From Tubulanus polymorphus (Eukaryota > Animalia > Nemertea): a stretch of 64,000 nucleotides of DNA. The translations under genes and the position numbers were made by a program. The stretch is from positions 3,328,778-3,392,777 of the forward strand of contig NC_134030.1 of the NCBI RefSeq assembly GCF_964204645.1, given 5' to 3'. Positions 60,901-64,000 of this stretch are shown one piece after another. Numbering within the stretch: the stretch's first letter is position 1; every line of letters starts with the position of its first letter. Under the pieces are notes generated by a model. That model searched no databases and was not told the DNA's origin. It saw only the letters and a program-made list of their open reading frames with translations.

Positions 60901-63900
60901 AAACCCACAATAAAAAGAAAAACTATCTGGTAGCTTAACGTTTCAACTCAATTCTATGAGCCATTTTCAAAAACAGTTTTTGAAAATGGCTCATAGAACC
61001 TGCCGGGTTTTTGTCTACTATGAGTCCCTATGACTCCTTGATTCCTTAAAAACCCCCGCTAGATGGAATATGTTTTCAAAGGTGCTTGTAACTCATTTCA
61101 TTATGGAGCAAAATGCCCAAAACTCCTTTGAAATATCTTCAATTTTGAGAAATAGGCAGTTAGAAATTTTCAAGTTTGTAGTTGTGCAGTAGATTATGCC
61201 TTATTACTGATGATCAGTAATCATTGATGAAGCGCTTTGAATCGGTGTTGTAACGATAATTTAGAAAAAATATCACAGTCAGAAAGAAAATGAATCCGAA
61301 ATGTTTTCCTTGTTTCGACTAAATTCTTATAGTCATCGTCTGTATTCGTGAAGATGATTATTAGGATCAAGTCTAGTTATTGAAATCTCTAACTAAAAGG
61401 AGCCTTTTTCGTCGTGTGTCTTGGAAAGAAATTTTTTCATGCACCTGACACAGATTCAGGGAGTTTTGTGTTTATAACATAGAAAACTCACTGTGTTAAA
61501 CATCGTATTTTTTTTTCCAGGTTAGCCGTGAAGAATAGTCAATTGATCAAGTTATACTGCGTTCTAGATGCGCGTTTTAAACAGTTAGCGTTCGCTATTC
61601 GTTACTGGGCTCGGCGTCAGAATCTTCTCGGCAATATGAACGCTGGCTGGAAACTGACCAATTACGCTCTTACGTTAATGCTCGTGTTTTATCTACAAGA
61701 CGCTCAAGTTCTTCCTACGGTGAAGTTTTTGAGAGATTATGCAGAAGGTATGCAAACTCAATTTCAAATTTTTAAAGTTTAACTATGGAGTCAACCGGCA
61801 ACTTAATAGAACCGCCTGCAGAGTTTATTGTGGCCTTTGTTTACGGTTGACTAGAATGTCTGAGCACAAATTATGTCTGATTCAACTAAATGTAAGTCAG
61901 GGACGGATCCAAGGGCAGCCTTTGAGAGAAGCAAAAAGAAATGAAAAGGGCATACATACTGATAAAGGGAAGTTAAGTATCCACGTAGCCAAAACAAGGT
62001 CGTGTACGACAACCAACCTTCGTTCAATTCCACTTCTTGCATCATCGCGATTTTCATGAAAAACTGCGGACACTTATCGGGTCTGGAAAATTTGAAATTT
62101 CAGTGCATTTTCTAGGCATTTAGGGGACGTAATAAGAAGAATATAGCTAAATCTTACGCTGCATACTGCTGTCTTATTAGTTATGGGTGGAAAAGTGCCT
62201 TGGAAAATTTTGCCATTATATCTTCAAAAGGGCACAATGAAAATTGTGAAGGCAGCACGTGCGCCTTGAGGTCCTGTCCGAATCAACCTCTCGATGTCTT
62301 TTCGAAAAGTTATTGGTGGAGAATATAATTTGAACATCAGGGAAATCGACATATCAAAAACATTGTCCCCAATATCCGAAGATTGTAGACTTTCGTGTTT
62401 GACTGCATTGTAAAACATCCAGTTAAATGTTTCGGTTTATGTGTTATTCTTCAATTCAGTGCTATTTTTACTCAAACGAATGAATCGGTGATATTTTTAG
62501 ATGATGACATTCTAGAAATTGACGGTTGGGATTGTTCGTTTACTTCGAATGTAGACAATATACTGCCATCAGGAAATACTATGTCATTAGGTAAGAAAGC
62601 TGTCGGTTAACTATCCAGGTCTCAGTCTCTGAAGAGCTTACTATTCACATTTGGTATCCCAAACTAGCTATACCAGCGTTTAACATTCCGAAACACCAGC
62701 TATTGCCACTAGATGGCGCGACGAGCACTCAGTCTTCTGTCAAAATCAGTTCATTATCGATAAACTTCGAACTGAATTTTAAGACTACCGAATCCATGCA
62801 TTATCACAGGACCAAATATATATCAAATTCATTTTTCTTCCCACTGAATGATAGGTACAGTTTTCATTAAGAGAAATAAGAAAAGTTAATTCAATTTTTA
62901 ACTAACATATGTGAGAAAATGGACATGGAAGACCAAGTAACTACCAACAAGCCTCGCTTGCCATAAGTGGAATCCTTGATTGTCCCAATTGCATTGGCAG
63001 TATCCTATCCTGTTGCGAATTTCTTGTTCGAAAATAACTGATCTATTTTTTTTTTGTTTTGTAGAGGAATTATTGATCGGTTTTTTCAAGTTCTACAGTG
63101 AGTTTGATTTTCATAATTTCCTTATTTGTCCACGAGATGGATTAATGATTCCAGTCAGTAAAATACCACATCAACTGCCGTCACGAGCCGCTCAGAATTT
63201 CAAAGTAAGTATTTGTTATTCATTTCATTTTCTGTCAGTGGGAATATATGATTCGAAATAGATTCATTTCTGTGAATAGAATCTACATCGAATTGTACAG
63301 AATCTAAGGGTAATAGAACGATTGAAGCTTAGATATATGACCAGTCTAAGCTCATTTTGGTTTGATTACCAATCCAACGATTAAGACTGGTCAAAGGTTT
63401 AGTTCTTTAGCAAAGTTAACAACCAGGACCCAGTTCCACAGTTCTGTGTTACGATTTAACTCAAGAGTTAACAAATTGAAAATTAACTAATTTTAACTCA
63501 GAGTTAATCCTAACTCACAACTGTGGAACTAGGTCCTGAAGACAAGTTGGTTATAGAACAATTCTACAACCAATCTAAAAGCTAAAGACAAGTCTAAACT
63601 CATTTTAGTTCTATAGCCGATCTAACAACTGAAAATTATACTTAAAAAACTTAAGACCATTTGGTCATGTTTGGGTCCTGAGTTTTGTTTATACTTTCAG
63701 CTATCAAATTAGAAATATTCCATCATATTTTCTGATAATCACTGAATATTTGCGTTTAGTGACTGTTGTTTATAATTATTATTTGTAGGTCGGACCGATC
63801 AATATTCAGGATCCGTTCGCTCTCGATCACAACACGGCTCAAAACGTGAACGATCGAATGAGGAACCTCGTCTATCATCACTGCACGACCGCGCATAAAG

Positions 63901-64000
63901 ACTGTCTCAGCGCCGAATTCCAGAAACCGGTCGTGAATGGTGACAAACTGTGGGGTCTGCGACTTCTATTCGTCGAGAGCGAACCCCTCACCGAGGTACA
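57953..64000 (+). CDS. TUT1: Speckle-targeted PIP5K1A-regulated poly(A) polymerase / U6 TUTase; exons 57953-57995, 58608-58795, 59334-59558, 59995-60219, 60584-60837, 61521-61747, 62501-62590, 63065-63204, 63789-63995 or beyond; incomplete
   Basis: Zinc finger (FYCDLCNITVNSEAIMETHIRGKKH), RRM (SVYVRGFP), NTase motif (YGSTATGLGFVGCDMDVFLD), CPIVRFVH, LTNYALTLMLVFYLQ, PAP-associated IQDPFALDHN. Confidence 0.93.
58092..58453. mobile_element. Inverted-repeat element in TUT1 intron 1
   Basis: ggtcgtactaaacaccgtcaggaaccgtcagac / gtctgacggttcctgac...tcctgatggtgttaatagtatgacc. Confidence 0.6.
58938..59312. mobile_element. Palindromic MITE interrupted by a hammerhead-bearing hairpin insertion (59014-59266)
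   Basis: The MITE halves match the intact 110-bp copies; the 11-bp duplication TTAACTTTAGA is at 59003-59013 and 59267-59277. Confidence 0.85.
59093..59136 (-). ncRNA. Minimal hammerhead motif with a G12A substitution
   Basis: UACAC-CUGACGA-U-GAUCUC-uagggu-GAGAUC-AAAAC-GUC-GUGUA. Confidence 0.7.
60933..60974 (-). ncRNA. Hammerhead motif with U3-A8 core, inside an inverted-repeat element (60891-61020)
   Basis: GUUU-UUGAAAA-U-GGCUCA-uagaau-UGAGUU-GAAAC-GUU-AAGC. Confidence 0.55.

Noticed and set aside
61207-61235. CTGATGA-stem-TGAAG motif
   Set aside because: Wrong spacing, no GAAA and no stem I; likely chance. Other isolated CTGANGA hits (1109, 7667, 22050, 35849) likewise lack the 3' core.

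Overview
AT-rich, intron-rich animal genomic DNA. It is probably lophotrochozoan, and a ribbon worm (nemertean) is suggested by a cytotoxin-A/parborlysin-like gene; this taxonomy is an inference. I assembled spliced gene models by hand from GT-AG junctions. In order: the 5' part of an acidic secreted protein (-), a 90-aa six-cysteine toxin-like peptide (+), BAG1 (+), an ABCH/ABCG23-like half transporter (-), a PAN/apple + C-type lectin (+), a chymotrypsin-like serine protease (-), a divergent ependymin-related protein (-), extended synaptotagmin with several candidate cassette and micro-exons (-), an apparently non-coding spliced locus with tandemly duplicated exon-intron units behind a kappaB/CCAAT-rich promoter (+), and TUT1/Star-PAP (+, probably continuing past the end). 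Introns carry many MITEs. Two signals stand out. (1) A dispersed set of minimal hammerhead-ribozyme motifs, Penelope-like, several at the apex of long hairpins with a tail and target-site duplication. One has an intact core and lies sense in an ESYT intron, and one family carries the U3-A8 compensatory core. (2) A divergent cytotoxin-A/parborlysin-fold peptide gene among several other secreted-protein genes. No database searches were run; family assignments rest on motif recognition.
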